Positions 49,034 to 59,643 of a stretch of DNA of 64,000 bases are shown here, piece after piece. The position numbers and the translations under genes are program-made. A model generated the notes under the pieces. It had not been told where the DNA came from. It did no database searches and saw nothing but the letters and a program-made list of their open reading frames with translations. Position 1 is the stretch's first letter. Each line of letters begins with the position of its first letter. Source of the DNA: a virus; IMG/VR virus record IMGVR_UViG_3300003323_000052, positions 3,961 through 67,960 of that record. The stretch is one strand, 5' to 3'.

Positions 49034-49360
49034 ACTGGCTTTCCACCAGTCGGCGCGAAAATTGTGGCAGCAATTTTGCGTCTGAATTTACGTATTCCAC
49101 GGCGCAATCAATAGGTCATGAAAGGCCATTATGTCAAGCAAACCATAATGAAGGAGGAACCTACCTTGCGCTGCCGCTGTTATTTCCCGACCTGCGGCTG
49201 CGGTGACAGAGTTCCTAAATTCTGTGCAGTCACCGCTTTACTACTTATTAATTAAACCAAAATCTCCTTGTTTTGTACTTCGGCATTGCCTGATGCATGA
49301 GAAACATTATATGCATTGTACGCTGTTCGCGGGTAATCGGAAACAAGATAATCATTATGC

Positions 49361-49729
49361 TTAGCCGTTGTGTTTTTGCAGCGCTTTTTGAACAGCTTTA
49401 ATCGCATCCTGAGCCGTTACTTTACGCGGAACGACTGGCGTATCCAATTCGCGGATTGCTTCGATTTCTGCCTTGTTAAACAGGAAGTCGCCGAACAATT
49501 CTTCAAACTTCACGCCAACTACAGCATGGTTGCAAGCGAAGTTCGCCATAACCAATTTCGGCCATTTCGGATTATCGAGCAAGAAGTCAAGGAACTCTTC
49601 GCAAGTATCCATGAACTTGTCATTGCGCCCGCCGATAATCTCTGCGCGCATAGCTTCAATTTTCTTGTTGATGCGAGTCCGCAATTCTTCTTCGTAAAGT
49701 TCGGATTCTCGCTCTGGATCGGTTTTCAT
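49361..49729 (-). CDS. hypothetical protein
   Basis: GGAG SD plus ATG, 122 aa. Confidence 0.65.
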   Translation of the reverse strand: MKTDPERESELYEEELRTRINKKIEAMRAEIIGGRNDKFMDTCEEFLDFLLDNPKWPKLVMANFACNHAVVGVKFEELFGDFLFNKAEIEAIRELDTPVVPRKVTAQDAIKAVQKALQKHNG

Positions 49730-49730
49730 T

Positions 49731-50093
49731 TTAATCTCCAATTGGAGTGAGAGAGTAAACATCGGCTAAAGCTATGATGTCGTCTCGCCACTCGTGAATA
49801 TCGCCTAAATCATGAATGCGCTGAAGTTCTGAAAGCATTTTAAATGCGTGATGATTAATGCCAGAATAAAATAGCGCAGATTGAACTAAAACCGAACGAA
49901 TATTGCCGCCTTCCATCGCTTCGCTGTAATATTCATCTTTAATCAGACAGCCGATTGCACACATTGCTCCATTCTCGCCGCGATAGGCGCATCCTTGGGC
50001 CTTATCACTCATCGAACGTTCGTTCTGCGCGAGCAAATGCTTAGCGACTTTATCGTAAATCTCCTGAAGCGTCATGTTCATGTCACTCTCCAA
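49731..50093 (-). CDS. conserved phage protein
   Basis: QEIYDKV..HL..Q...CAYRG...CAIGCLI...LQRIHD. Confidence 0.75.
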   Translation of the reverse strand: MESDMNMTLQEIYDKVAKHLLAQNERSMSDKAQGCAYRGENGAMCAIGCLIKDEYYSEAMEGGNIRSVLVQSALFYSGINHHAFKMLSELQRIHDLGDIHEWRDDIIALADVYSLTPIGD

Positions 50094-50251
50094 TGTTGAC
50101 TTTCAATGCTGCGACAATTTTATTCTTAGCTGGTTCAATCGCATGATAAGCGTTCCACGCCATCCAGCCCGAGAAAGCCAGAACCCACACAATAAACAGT
50201 TTCGATTTCATTTCATCCTCCGTTTTGGCTGTATGCAGCGTCCATGAATCA

Positions 50252-50280
50252 AGCTTAGTTGCCTAACGCGATAAAGTCAA
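50252..50280 (-). promoter_or_regulatory. leftward early promoter
   Basis: TTGACT-17nt-TAAGCT at the head of the left operon. Confidence 0.55.
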
Positions 50281-50421
50281 GTCGCTGGCGCATATTTTCT
50301 TTGTGTTGCGTAATTACCACTAGGAAACGCCTTTATTTACAGCTTACAACACTTCTGCCGTGTAGGACTAGATTACATCATGCTACTGTTGTGCTGAAAC
50401 GCTTTATTTTGCTTAGCCACC

Positions 50422-50450
50422 TTGACAGCAGGAAATTGTGATATTAGAGT
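50422..50450 (+). promoter_or_regulatory. rightward promoter
   Basis: TTGACA-17nt-TAGAGT before the cro-like gene. Confidence 0.6.
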
Positions 50451-50481
50451 GAAATCTAACGAGTCCTAGAGGAAAAACGCA

Positions 50482-50679
50482 GTGGGTTACAAGATCGACG
50501 TAGATAGAATGATAGACCTGTTAGGCGGCGTTGCTGAAACAGCTAGGTTGTGGGAAGTGACAACTAGCGCAGTGTCTCAGTGGCGCAAGAGTGGAGCGCC
50601 GGGTGACTTCCTAAAGTTTCTGCGCATCGCAAGACCGAAGATTTTTAGACAAGTCGCCACAAAAGAGGGTGACTCTTAA
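50482..50679 (+). CDS. Cro-like HTH regulator
   Basis: IDLLGGVAETARLWEVTTSAVSQWRKSG; first gene of the rightward operon. Confidence 0.8.
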   Translation: MGYKIDVDRMIDLLGGVAETARLWEVTTSAVSQWRKSGAPGDFLKFLRIARPKIFRQVATKEGDS

Positions 50680-50693
50680 ATAGGAGAAGGGCC

Positions 50694-52614
50694 ATGCTTT
50701 ATAAGAACAATGCTGGTGTAGTTTGGTTTGCCTTTTACGGCGCAACGCTGCTAATTGCCTATCGAATGTTTTTCGGTGATCCAGATGCCAAGATGGCCTT
50801 TCAAGCAATCATGTGGTTGAGGGCTATCTCCATTGTTTTCATGTCTTTCATCATGGGCGATCCGTACCGGATTTATCAACCAGAGCCGCGAAAGTTGGAA
50901 ACCGTTGTATGGATCATTTGCGGCGAATTATGGATTTGGTTTTCGATGTTCGCGCAACTATTTTACACTGAGCTTGTCGTAACTATTCTGGCAATCATTT
51001 TGTTTGAATCGACCCGTTACGAAGCTGTTTGCTTCGGTCGGACTAAAGAGGATTAATCATGGCTTTCAAAAAAGAAGAGCAAGTAAGGCGCAATAATATT
51101 GTCAATTACATTCTTTCTCGCTGCAAAGATAGTAAGCAAGTACTGGTAAGCGATCTTGTTTTCGAGAATGAAATAAGCAATTCTGAATTAGCAGCAATTT
51201 TGCGGAAAATGGTTGCCAAGAATTTGATCCATCGCTGTACGGTTGTTGGCGCTGGGCAAATGATGAATAACATCATTGCATCTGGCCCCGTTCCGCCTAT
51301 TGTGGATGGAAGTAAAGACCTTGAGCCGGTACAGGTAACCATTAAGCATTGGTCACGCGGCGAGCATAAGCGAAATGAGTTTGAATCTTTATTCTTCGGA
51401 GCCGCAAATGTTCAAGTTTAATATTGACGAGCATGTGATTCTGCATTCTCTACAAGGCAATCTAGCAATATATAACGGCGAGGAGGGCGTTATTAACGAT
51501 TTTATCCTTGCTGGCGACGTTAAACGAATCCAAGGCAAGGAAGTAACGCTGCCCTATAACGGATACGCTGTAAATCTGTTTTGCGGCCTTCGCGCGGGTG
51601 TGATGGAAAAGCATCTTAAGCGCAAAGAATTCCCCGACGAAGAAAAATCAACACCACGAATTGAAGAATTGGAGGAATAAATGGCTAAGTTTAAGAAAGG
51701 CGACGTTTGTGTTATCGTCAAGGCATATACTATGCCGGAGCTTGTAGGCGAAGAGGTAACGATCCAAGGCGATCCATATTCCTATTATTGCAAAGAGCTT
51801 AGCCAAACTGTTTTTGGCTATCCCACAGATTTGCGCGTAAAGTATAAAGGTGTCGAGCGCAAAATTACGCCGCCAGAGCATTGCCTACGCCTTAAAGACG
51901 CGCCGCCTGACGCAATCGTTATGCGCGAGTACAACCGGCTAATCGAGAAAATTACAGGCAAGGTGCCAGCATGAACTACATCGAAATCGGCGACGTATGC
52001 GAAGGTCAGTATTTCATGCAACATACCGACCGGAACGGAAAGCTATGCTATATCGACAATATCATTACGATTGACGCATACGATAAAGACTCTGGCGGAA
52101 ACGTTCAACCTCCCGGCACATATTACTGCTGCATGTGGGAAGATGGGCTTTATGGTTCATCGCTTGCTGAAAATCTTAAACCGTATGAGGTGATGGAATG
52201 AAAGATGTATATTTTCTGATTATTATGGCTGCAATTTATAGCGCTCCGCACTGCAATAAAAGGGATGGGATTATTATTTCTATGGTGTTTTCTACTGCCG
52301 CCCTCATTGGCATGTTCTGGGGGTGAAAAATGAAGCTTTGGCGAGTTACTGCTGAAATTGAATTTGTCGTTGCTGCCGAGGATTGGAGTAGCGCTTATTC
52401 TGTAGCTAATGATTCGTGGCATGAAGTGCGACGAGAGCAAGAGCCATTTTTAGATGTTGATTGCGAAATAAAGGAAGAAAAACAACTGCCGCCAGAATGG
52501 ACTATTGAATGCATTCCATATGGTGATGCTGACGATAAAGAGATTGGCGAATATCTTGATAACGTTGTGTTTCCAGATACTAAAACAATAGACATGTTTG
52601 AGGTTAAAGAATGA
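50694..52614 (+). other. short hypothetical genes (50694-51056 membrane, 51059-51421 wHTH-like, 51408-51680, 51681-51974, 51971-52201, 52330-52614)
   Basis: abutting plus-strand ORFs. Confidence 0.65.
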
Positions 52615-53312
52615 GTAGGACTCTCGTAAAACGATTCACAAAAAACACGCGAGGACGAGATATTATCGTTGGCGATATTCACGGCACATATTCAAAGCTT
52701 ATTGAATCATTGAAGGAAATTGACTTCAATGCCGTTTCTGGTGATCGCCTATTCTCTGTTGGTGATTTAGTTGACCGTGGGCCAGAGTCAATCGAATTCC
52801 TCAAGTTTATTGAAAAGGATTGGTTCCATGCTGTAGCCGGTAATCACGATGATATGGCATGGCGCTGGCCTAATGGTTATATGGATAAATACGTCTATGA
52901 GTCGAATGGAGGTGCATGGATGATTGCTCTTGACAAGGAAACTCAATATGAAGTGTCGGCAATCATGGGCGCGCTTCCTGTGGCTATTGAACTTGAAACA
53001 GAGTATGGTCTTATCGGCATTGTTCATGCTACATGCCCATTCTCAAGTTGGTCTGACCTTATCGCAAATCTTGACGATACGAACATGTCAGAAATGAAGA
53101 AAGAATCAATCATTGATCTTATACAGTGGGATCGGAATACATATCCTAATCCAGTTCAAGGCGTCAGGGCGGTTGTTGTCGGCCACACCCCGAAAACCGG
53201 CATTCAAGTCATCGGCAATCACATCTATATCGACACAATGGGCTGGCGAGGTGGCGAATTTACCTTACTTGATGCGAACACATTGCAACCAGCAGAAAAG
53301 GTCAAGAAATGA
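52611..53312 (+). CDS. Ser/Thr protein phosphatase (lambda NinI-like metallophosphoesterase)
   Basis: GDIHG, GDLVDRG, GNHD, VGHTP, YIDT. Confidence 0.95.
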   Translation: MSRTLVKRFTKNTRGRDIIVGDIHGTYSKLIESLKEIDFNAVSGDRLFSVGDLVDRGPESIEFLKFIEKDWFHAVAGNHDDMAWRWPNGYMDKYVYESNGGAWMIALDKETQYEVSAIMGALPVAIELETEYGLIGIVHATCPFSSWSDLIANLDDTNMSEMKKESIIDLIQWDRNTYPNPVQGVRAVVVGHTPKTGIQVIGNHIYIDTMGWRGGEFTLLDANTLQPAEKVKK

Positions 53313-53509
53313 GCTTCCGCAACCAAAAGCAGTTCTTCGACCCAACTATCTCGCTTCGTGAGCGCCTATTGCGCGCAAGCCGTGGCCCCGGTGATACATT
53401 CGTTTGCTACAAATGCAAAGGATATAAATCAATCACTGGCCGCAAACTTGCCGGAAAGAATGGTAAGATTTCGATGTGGATTTGCAAGGAGTGCGTTAGT
53501 CATGAGTGA
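53309..53509 (+). CDS. small Zn-ribbon protein
   Basis: CYKC...CKEC. Confidence 0.55.
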   Translation: MSFRNQKQFFDPTISLRERLLRASRGPGDTFVCYKCKGYKSITGRKLAGKNGKISMWICKECVSHE

Positions 53510-53830
53510 TCTTGAAAAATTGATTACTTTGATTAAAAAGTCAATCGAATGGTATGAGCTTGACCCGCCATCAAATCTAAATAGTTATGCTAGTGGAATT
53601 CATGACGGCAGAATTCAAGGTCTGAAGATTGCGCTTAAAGATGCTATTTATTTAAAGAATAAAGGTTAAAAATGGACGAACTGGATAAGCTGGAAGAGTT
53701 TTTAAAAAGGATTCTTCAAGAATCTATCGCAATGCAAATCGATGAATTTGACCGTGGTTATATTTATGAAATAAAAGACGCATTAAATGAGGTGCAAATG
53801 TTTCGTGATGGCATTAAGTGAGGAATATTC

Positions 53831-54448
53831 TTGAGCGAGCTTAAAAGAAAAACACTCATTCGGAAAACAGCATTTACTCCGCATGAAGAAAAGCCAGAAA
53901 AGAAACAGCCAAGGAAAAAGACTTGCGCGATTTGTAAAGAGAAATTCCCGCCGATGAATTCTCTAGCTAAAGTATGCTCTCCAGATTGCGCAAAGAAATA
54001 CGCAGAGCAAATCAGGCTAAAGAAAGAACGGAAAGAGGATAAAGAGCGCAAGCAGAAGCTTAAGACGTTATCCGACCATAAGAAGGAATTGCAGGATATC
54101 TTCAATAAATGGGTTCGTGAGCGCGATTACGGCTTGCCGTGCATTAGTTGCGGTAGTGATAAAGGATATGAGCAAGCAGGGCATTACAAGAGTAGGGGAG
54201 CGTATCCAGAGCTCGCCTATGAACCTCTCAACGTGGCAGGCCAGTGCCTCCATTGCAATCTACACATGGGTGGGAACATTCATGAGTATAGAAAAGGATT
54301 AATTGCGCGTTACGGACAGCAAGTAGTCGATTGGCTAGAAGGCCCACACCCGCCGCTTAAATTGAGTATTGAGGCGATAGAGCAAATGAAGAAGTATTAC
54401 AGGAAGGCTACGAAGGAATTAATTGCAAAAAGAGAATGCGAAAATTAA
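53831..54448 (+). CDS. ninG: NinG/Rap junction endonuclease
   Basis: CAIC...VCSPDCA, FNKWVRERD..PCISCG, AGHY, QCLHCN...GN..EYR.GLI.RYG. Confidence 0.9.
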   Translation: MSELKRKTLIRKTAFTPHEEKPEKKQPRKKTCAICKEKFPPMNSLAKVCSPDCAKKYAEQIRLKKERKEDKERKQKLKTLSDHKKELQDIFNKWVRERDYGLPCISCGSDKGYEQAGHYKSRGAYPELAYEPLNVAGQCLHCNLHMGGNIHEYRKGLIARYGQQVVDWLEGPHPPLKLSIEAIEQMKKYYRKATKELIAKRECEN

Positions 54449-55032
54449 AAGAAGTTAATGGCGTTCCTGTTTTGGTTGGCAGGTCTAGGAGAATTAGACC
54501 GAATATCTTTACAGAAGAGGCGTTCGCTTATTGCGATGGAGCGTATAAGCTTTTCTTTATTGGACTTCTATGCTTCACTAGTCTAACTGGTGAAGTTATT
54601 GAACACAATGAAGCATTGCGCAATGCGATTTATCCATATAGGCCAGATTTCGATGTTGCTAATTGTCTGAATTGGCTTGAGCACTTTAAGCTAATAAGTC
54701 GTGCTGAGCGAGACGGGAAGAGGTTTATACAGATAGTGAGGTTGAAAGACTTCGTTGAGCTATCTATTCCTAGCTCCGCACATGCGGCAAAGCGCAGGGC
54801 ATTAAGACGAAATGCCTATCCAGTTTGGGCAGATAAAAAAGCTATTGCCGCCATATACAAGGAATGCAAAAGATTAAATCTCCGCGATGGCGACGGAACT
54901 TGGCATGTGGATCATGTAATACCGCTGGCAGGAAAGAATGTTTGCGGATTGCATGTTCATAACAACCTAGAGATTATTCTAGGCAAAGATAACCTACGTA
55001 AATCAAATAAATTCATAGTCATGGTCGAATAA
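54436..55032 (+). CDS. replication-protein-like N-domain fused to an HNH domain
   Basis: RRIRPNIF..E...KLFFIGL...IYPY; C-terminal WHVDHVIPL.GKNVCGLHVHNNL...N.RKSNK. Confidence 0.75.
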   Translation: MRKLKEVNGVPVLVGRSRRIRPNIFTEEAFAYCDGAYKLFFIGLLCFTSLTGEVIEHNEALRNAIYPYRPDFDVANCLNWLEHFKLISRAERDGKRFIQIVRLKDFVELSIPSSAHAAKRRALRRNAYPVWADKKAIAAIYKECKRLNLRDGDGTWHVDHVIPLAGKNVCGLHVHNNLEIILGKDNLRKSNKFIVMVE

Positions 55033-55980
55033 ATGCGTGATTACTCAAAAATAGCTCCACAGTTTTGGATAGGAAAAACTGGAAAAACACTTCGCCGCGC
55101 TGGAGTTGATGCTCAACTAGTTGGGCTATATCTCATGAGTAGCCCGCATGCGAATATGCTAGGGTTGTACTATCTAGCCAAAGAAACTATAGGCTATGAG
55201 ACAGGATTGGGCTATGACAGGTCAATAGAGGCGCTTGATGCTTGCATTGAAGCTGGATTCTGTTCTTATGACGAAGAATCGGAAATGGTATGGGTTCATG
55301 AGATGGCGACATATCAAATCAGTGATGCACTCGCAGGCGGCGATAAGCGGATTAAGGGAATTCAAAACGAATACAATAGCCTTCCAGATAATATTTTTTT
55401 GGGGAAATTTTATGATAAATATTCCGTTGCATTTTGCATGATCTCCCGCAGAAGTGTATGCGAATCGGAAATCAACCCCATCAAAGGAGCTAGCAAGGGC
55501 CTTGCAAGCCAAGAGCAGGAACAAGAACATAAACAAGAGCATGAGCAAGAACAAAACAATGTTGCGACGGCTCCCGCCATCGCGCCGGAAAAAAATGAAC
55601 CGGATGAAGTTCAAGTTATTTTTGATTACTGGCGAAGAGTCCTGAAACACCCCGGAGCAAAACTGGATGCAAAACGAGAAAAGGTGATAAAAAATGCACT
55701 AAAGCTTTACTCGCCTGCCGATCTTTGCATTGCAATCCGTGGTTGCTCAAAGTCTCCGTACCACATGGGTAAAAACACTAGCGGGACAGTTTATGATTCG
55801 CTTGGCTTGATTCTGCGAGACGCAGACCACATTGACAGCTTCATTGCCCTAGACGCAGGAAACGCAAAATCTAGCAGTAACGAGACAATTGACGAAAAAA
55901 ATGCTAGGCTGATTCAGGAATTTTTGAATGACGAACATAGCCAAGATGATGATGGCATGACAGTGGAGATGGAAATATGA
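55033..55980 (+). CDS. replication initiator (O-like)
   Basis: MRDYSKIAPQFWIGKTGK...YLMSSPHANMLGLYY, QEQEQE linker, C-terminal helical domain. Confidence 0.8.
   Translation: MRDYSKIAPQFWIGKTGKTLRRAGVDAQLVGLYLMSSPHANMLGLYYLAKETIGYETGLGYDRSIEALDACIEAGFCSYDEESEMVWVHEMATYQISDALAGGDKRIKGIQNEYNSLPDNIFLGKFYDKYSVAFCMISRRSVCESEINPIKGASKGLASQEQEQEHKQEHEQEQNNVATAPAIAPEKNEPDEVQVIFDYWRRVLKHPGAKLDAKREKVIKNALKLYSPADLCIAIRGCSKSPYHMGKNTSGTVYDSLGLILRDADHIDSFIALDAGNAKSSSNETIDEKNARLIQEFLNDEHSQDDDGMTVEMEI
55510..55557 (+). repeat. four 12-nt repeats in the initiator linker (candidate ori iterons)
   Basis: CAAGAGCAGGAA CAAGAACATAAA CAAGAGCATGAG CAAGAACAAAAC. Confidence 0.45.
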
Positions 55981-56648
55981 TTGATAGCGATAAGGTTAAT
56001 TTTGCAGAAATGATTAGACAGACAATGCTTGCTTATGGCAAGTCTGTTCCTGATAAGGCTGTTCTGCGCGCATGGTGGGACGAACTTAAATCGTTCCCGA
56101 TTGAATACGTTGCTAGCGCGATTGTTGATTATCGTGCCGAGCAAGGGGAATTCGCTCCTGTTCCTGTTGGCATTGCATTGCGTTGCCGGAAAATGGATGG
56201 TCGCCCCGGCGATGAGGAAGCATGGGCAATGATCCCTCACGATGAGGAATCATCGGTTGTCTGGACGCAGGAAATGGCATCGGCTTATGGCGTGGCGGCT
56301 CCGCTGATTCAAAGCGGCGACAAAATCAGCGCACGCATGGCATTCAAGGAAGCATACGCAAAACTCGTTACTGAGGCCCGTAAGCGCTCCGAGCCGGCAA
56401 AGTGGAGTCCATCCCTAGGTTGCGACGTTTCGGGCCGCCAGCAGGCTCTAATCGAGGCTGTGAGGCATAAACGTTTGGAGTTGAAGCACGCTCTTTCGCT
56501 TTTGGATTCATATCCAGACTTGCAGGAAGGTCTTTTGCTATCGGTTGGCGTGACAGAGCATCCATTGCTTGCGGCTCCGAACAAAGAAAATCAGGATAAA
56601 GTTCGTGCTATGATTGACGGGATGAAAGAACAACTGAGGTTGAAATGA
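55977..56648 (+). CDS. helicase loader (P-like)
   Basis: follows the initiator; DGRPGDEEAWA...VVWT.EM...ARMAFKEAY. Confidence 0.65.
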   Translation: MIDSDKVNFAEMIRQTMLAYGKSVPDKAVLRAWWDELKSFPIEYVASAIVDYRAEQGEFAPVPVGIALRCRKMDGRPGDEEAWAMIPHDEESSVVWTQEMASAYGVAAPLIQSGDKISARMAFKEAYAKLVTEARKRSEPAKWSPSLGCDVSGRQQALIEAVRHKRLELKHALSLLDSYPDLQEGLLLSVGVTEHPLLAAPNKENQDKVRAMIDGMKEQLRLK

Positions 56649-57078
56649 GCGACGTTTTGAGATACGAGGCAGAAGCGAAATATCCATTTAAAACTAAAAG
56701 CGGCGAAGATTATAAGGCATGGGCAAAACGTTTTATTTATCGCGCCGAACGAAACGACAAAGAATTACTGCCCATTCAAATAAAATTCGCATATCAGGCA
56801 ATGGATTTACCGGTTCCGCTTGGCGATGCCAAATGAAATGCATCAACTGCGAAAACTTCCGATTCAAAACTAGCGAATTAGATAAAAATGATATGCCGAT
56901 ACTTGGCTATGGTCATTGCAGATTGAATAAAGAAAGTTGGAAATATGTATCGTTTTCATATGATCGCGACTGTTGTAATTTCGCTGCAATAACTGAGATA
57001 GAAATTCAGGCCCGGCGCGACGAATATAGGGATATAAAGTATCCTAAGATCAGAGAAACTGAAAAAGAGGAAGAATAA
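56645..57078 (+). other. two short hypothetical genes (56645-56836; 56833-57078 Cys-rich)
   Basis: ATGA overlaps. Confidence 0.55.
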
Positions 57079-57909
57079 ATGAATATGGATGAACTGATTG
57101 AAAGTCTTTGCAATATCCGCGAGGAAGGCAAATCAATTAAGACCGTTCCAGTAATTGGCAAGCATGATAAAGAATTAGCAAAAATCATGAATGCCGCTGA
57201 CCATTATGAACCGGCTGGAGCATATATTGCTGGCGGCGCTTTAACCGCTTCATTTACCGGCAGCGACATTAAAGATGTTGATATGTACTTCAAATCAAAG
57301 CAATTCTTTATTGATGCTATTGAATTGGCTTATGACGAAGGAATGTGGTGTTTAGCTGCAACCGATAGGGCTGTAACTTTTGCATCGCATGAGAAAATCA
57401 TTCAGCTAATGCATTTTGATTTCTTTGAAACGGCAGAAGATATTTTTGACGCATTTGATTTTACTATCTGCATGGCTGCATATGATTTGGATGAAAAGAA
57501 ATTTATCTTCCATGAAGATTTTATGAAGCACGCCGCGCAACGATATTTGAAATTCCATAGTGGCACGCGCTATCCATTCGGCTCATTGCTTCGCACTATC
57601 AAGTACCGCGAGCGTGGGTTTAGTATGAGCAAAAGCGATTTGCTTCGTATCACTCTTTGCTGCCATGAAGTTCGACTTGAAACATGGGATGATTTGGCTA
57701 CGGCTATTGGCGGGCAATATGGCGAAAAGGTTCGTCTTGATGAAACTCAGCCATTTTCTATTGATGCGGCTCTAAAACTATTTGATGGGATGGAAGTAAC
57801 AACAGAGGTTACGGCAGAAGAAATGCCAGCATGTGCAGATGATTTGCTGGTTAAGCTTGGTATGAAAGAGGCTTCCGAGAAACAAGAAGATAAGGTGGAT
57901 TGGCTATGA
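57079..57909 (+). CDS. Pol-beta superfamily nucleotidyltransferase (CCA/polyA-polymerase head-like)
   Basis: YIAGGAL...KDVDMYF (GG + DxD), FDFTIC, R..KY.ERGF. Confidence 0.7.
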   Translation: MNMDELIESLCNIREEGKSIKTVPVIGKHDKELAKIMNAADHYEPAGAYIAGGALTASFTGSDIKDVDMYFKSKQFFIDAIELAYDEGMWCLAATDRAVTFASHEKIIQLMHFDFFETAEDIFDAFDFTICMAAYDLDEKKFIFHEDFMKHAAQRYLKFHSGTRYPFGSLLRTIKYRERGFSMSKSDLLRITLCCHEVRLETWDDLATAIGGQYGEKVRLDETQPFSIDAALKLFDGMEVTTEVTAEEMPACADDLLVKLGMKEASEKQEDKVDWL

Positions 57910-58975
57910 GTCACTGGAACTACCGCCTTTGGAAAATCACTGGCGAAAACGAAGATTGGATTGAGTTACGCGAAACGTATTACAACAGCAATGGCGAAAT
58001 ATGCGCATGTGTTGAGCGAGCATCTGATATGGTTTTCTATAGCAAAGATTTGGACGAGATTTCTGACGTTATCAATCGAATGCACGACGACTTGAAAAAA
58101 TGTTGGGCTGATATTCTCGACTACGAAACCTTTAAATTTGCCGAATGGGATAAATAATGAGCGACGACGAAATTGCAATGAGTAATGCCGCACTTGATTC
58201 TGTGCTTTATAAAGCATTTGAGCGAGCATTTGAAGAATTGCCGAATGATTATAATTTAGTGATTCATTGCACTAAAGGCTCTGGAGTTGTGTATTTAATG
58301 GGGCCGAACAATAAAGAGTATGTGGTAGAAGGCGATGGCTGGCTTGCCGAAGATATTCACGCTGCGATTGATAAGGCTGTAGAATTGGAGTTTAATAAAT
58401 GACTTCTGTAGACTTTTTGATTTATGTAATTATTCCGTTCTGCATTGGCGCATGGCTTGGTACAATTACAAGGAAATGATTATGAGTGAAAGGGACTTTT
58501 GCCTGTGGCTATGGGGCTACATGGAATTAAGCTATACGGACTCTCCTACGGTAGATCAATGGAAGTGCATTAAAGCGCATCTTGCTACGGTATTTGAGAA
58601 GAAGGCACCTAGTGTTGAGGATATTAAGGAACCCATAGTTAAGACTCCAGCCGTTTTGTCGCCAAGTGCCGACATGATTAAACAGGCAATTGAGAAGTAT
58701 AGCGAGCAAAAGAAAATTGCCAATCGGTGGCCTGCTGACCCGCCAATTAAGATTACATGCTAACCATGAAACCAGAGCAAATCCTAGAACTTGAAAAAGC
58801 ACATGCTGCGCTTTCGGCATTGATTTTCTACGCTGAACGATGCTGCATTGATTTGGATGATGGTAATCGAGGCTTGAATCAAATCGAAATTGATGGTGAT
58901 TTGCCAAAGTCGATTCAAGAAGCAAGGGTTCGATTGGCGCGGCTTGAGGGTTTGATTGATGGGGTGAGGAAATGA
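57906..58975 (+). other. four short hypothetical genes (57906-58157, 58157-58402, 58482-58763, 58757-58975)
   Basis: abutting plus-strand ORFs. Confidence 0.6.
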
Positions 58976-59643
58976 ATATTATTCAAGAAGTAGTAAAAGC
59001 CATTTCAGAATGCAAAACAGTTGATGAAAAGGTGGAGTTGATTAATTCGTTGAAATTGGCGATGCATGCAATTAGCCCGTTTTCAACTGAGCCAGTGGAT
59101 TGCGTGATTTGGGTTAAGAATAAAGAAGTACATCAGAACGATTGGAATCCAAATCAAGTTGCGCCTCCCGAGATGGAATTGTTGCGCCATTCTATTGCTT
59201 CGGATGGTTACACGCAGCCAATTGTAACTATGCAGCAAGAGGACAATACGCGAGAAGTCGTTGATGGATTCCACCGGCATCGCGTAGGTAAGGAGTGTGA
59301 AGATATCCAAAGCCGTGTGCATGGCTATTTGCCTATCGTGCAGATTCGAGCTAGTCAAGAGGGCCGCAATGACCGTATGGCAGCAACAATCCGCCACAAC
59401 CGCGCTCGCGGCAAGCACAAAGTAGAAGCAATGTCGGATATCGTTGTAGAGTTAAAGCGCCGCTTTTGGAATGACGAGAAGATTGCAAAAGAACTTGGTA
59501 TGGACCCCGATGAGGTCTTGCGCCTCGCACAGATTACCGGGCTTGCAAGCGTATTTGCGGATCGTGATTTTTCTGAGGCGTGGGAAGCTGAAAGCTTTAC
59601 TGGTGAAGATGAGCAAGAATTGATTACGGAAGATGAAGCTTAA
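58972..59643 (+). CDS. ParB/Srx-like protein (IbrB/YbdM family)
   Basis: NDWNPNQVAPPEM.LL..SI..DGYTQPIV, VVDGFHR, ATIRHNRARGKH. Confidence 0.9.
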   Translation: MNIIQEVVKAISECKTVDEKVELINSLKLAMHAISPFSTEPVDCVIWVKNKEVHQNDWNPNQVAPPEMELLRHSIASDGYTQPIVTMQQEDNTREVVDGFHRHRVGKECEDIQSRVHGYLPIVQIRASQEGRNDRMAATIRHNRARGKHKVEAMSDIVVELKRRFWNDEKIAKELGMDPDEVLRLAQITGLASVFADRDFSEAWEAESFTGEDEQELITEDEA

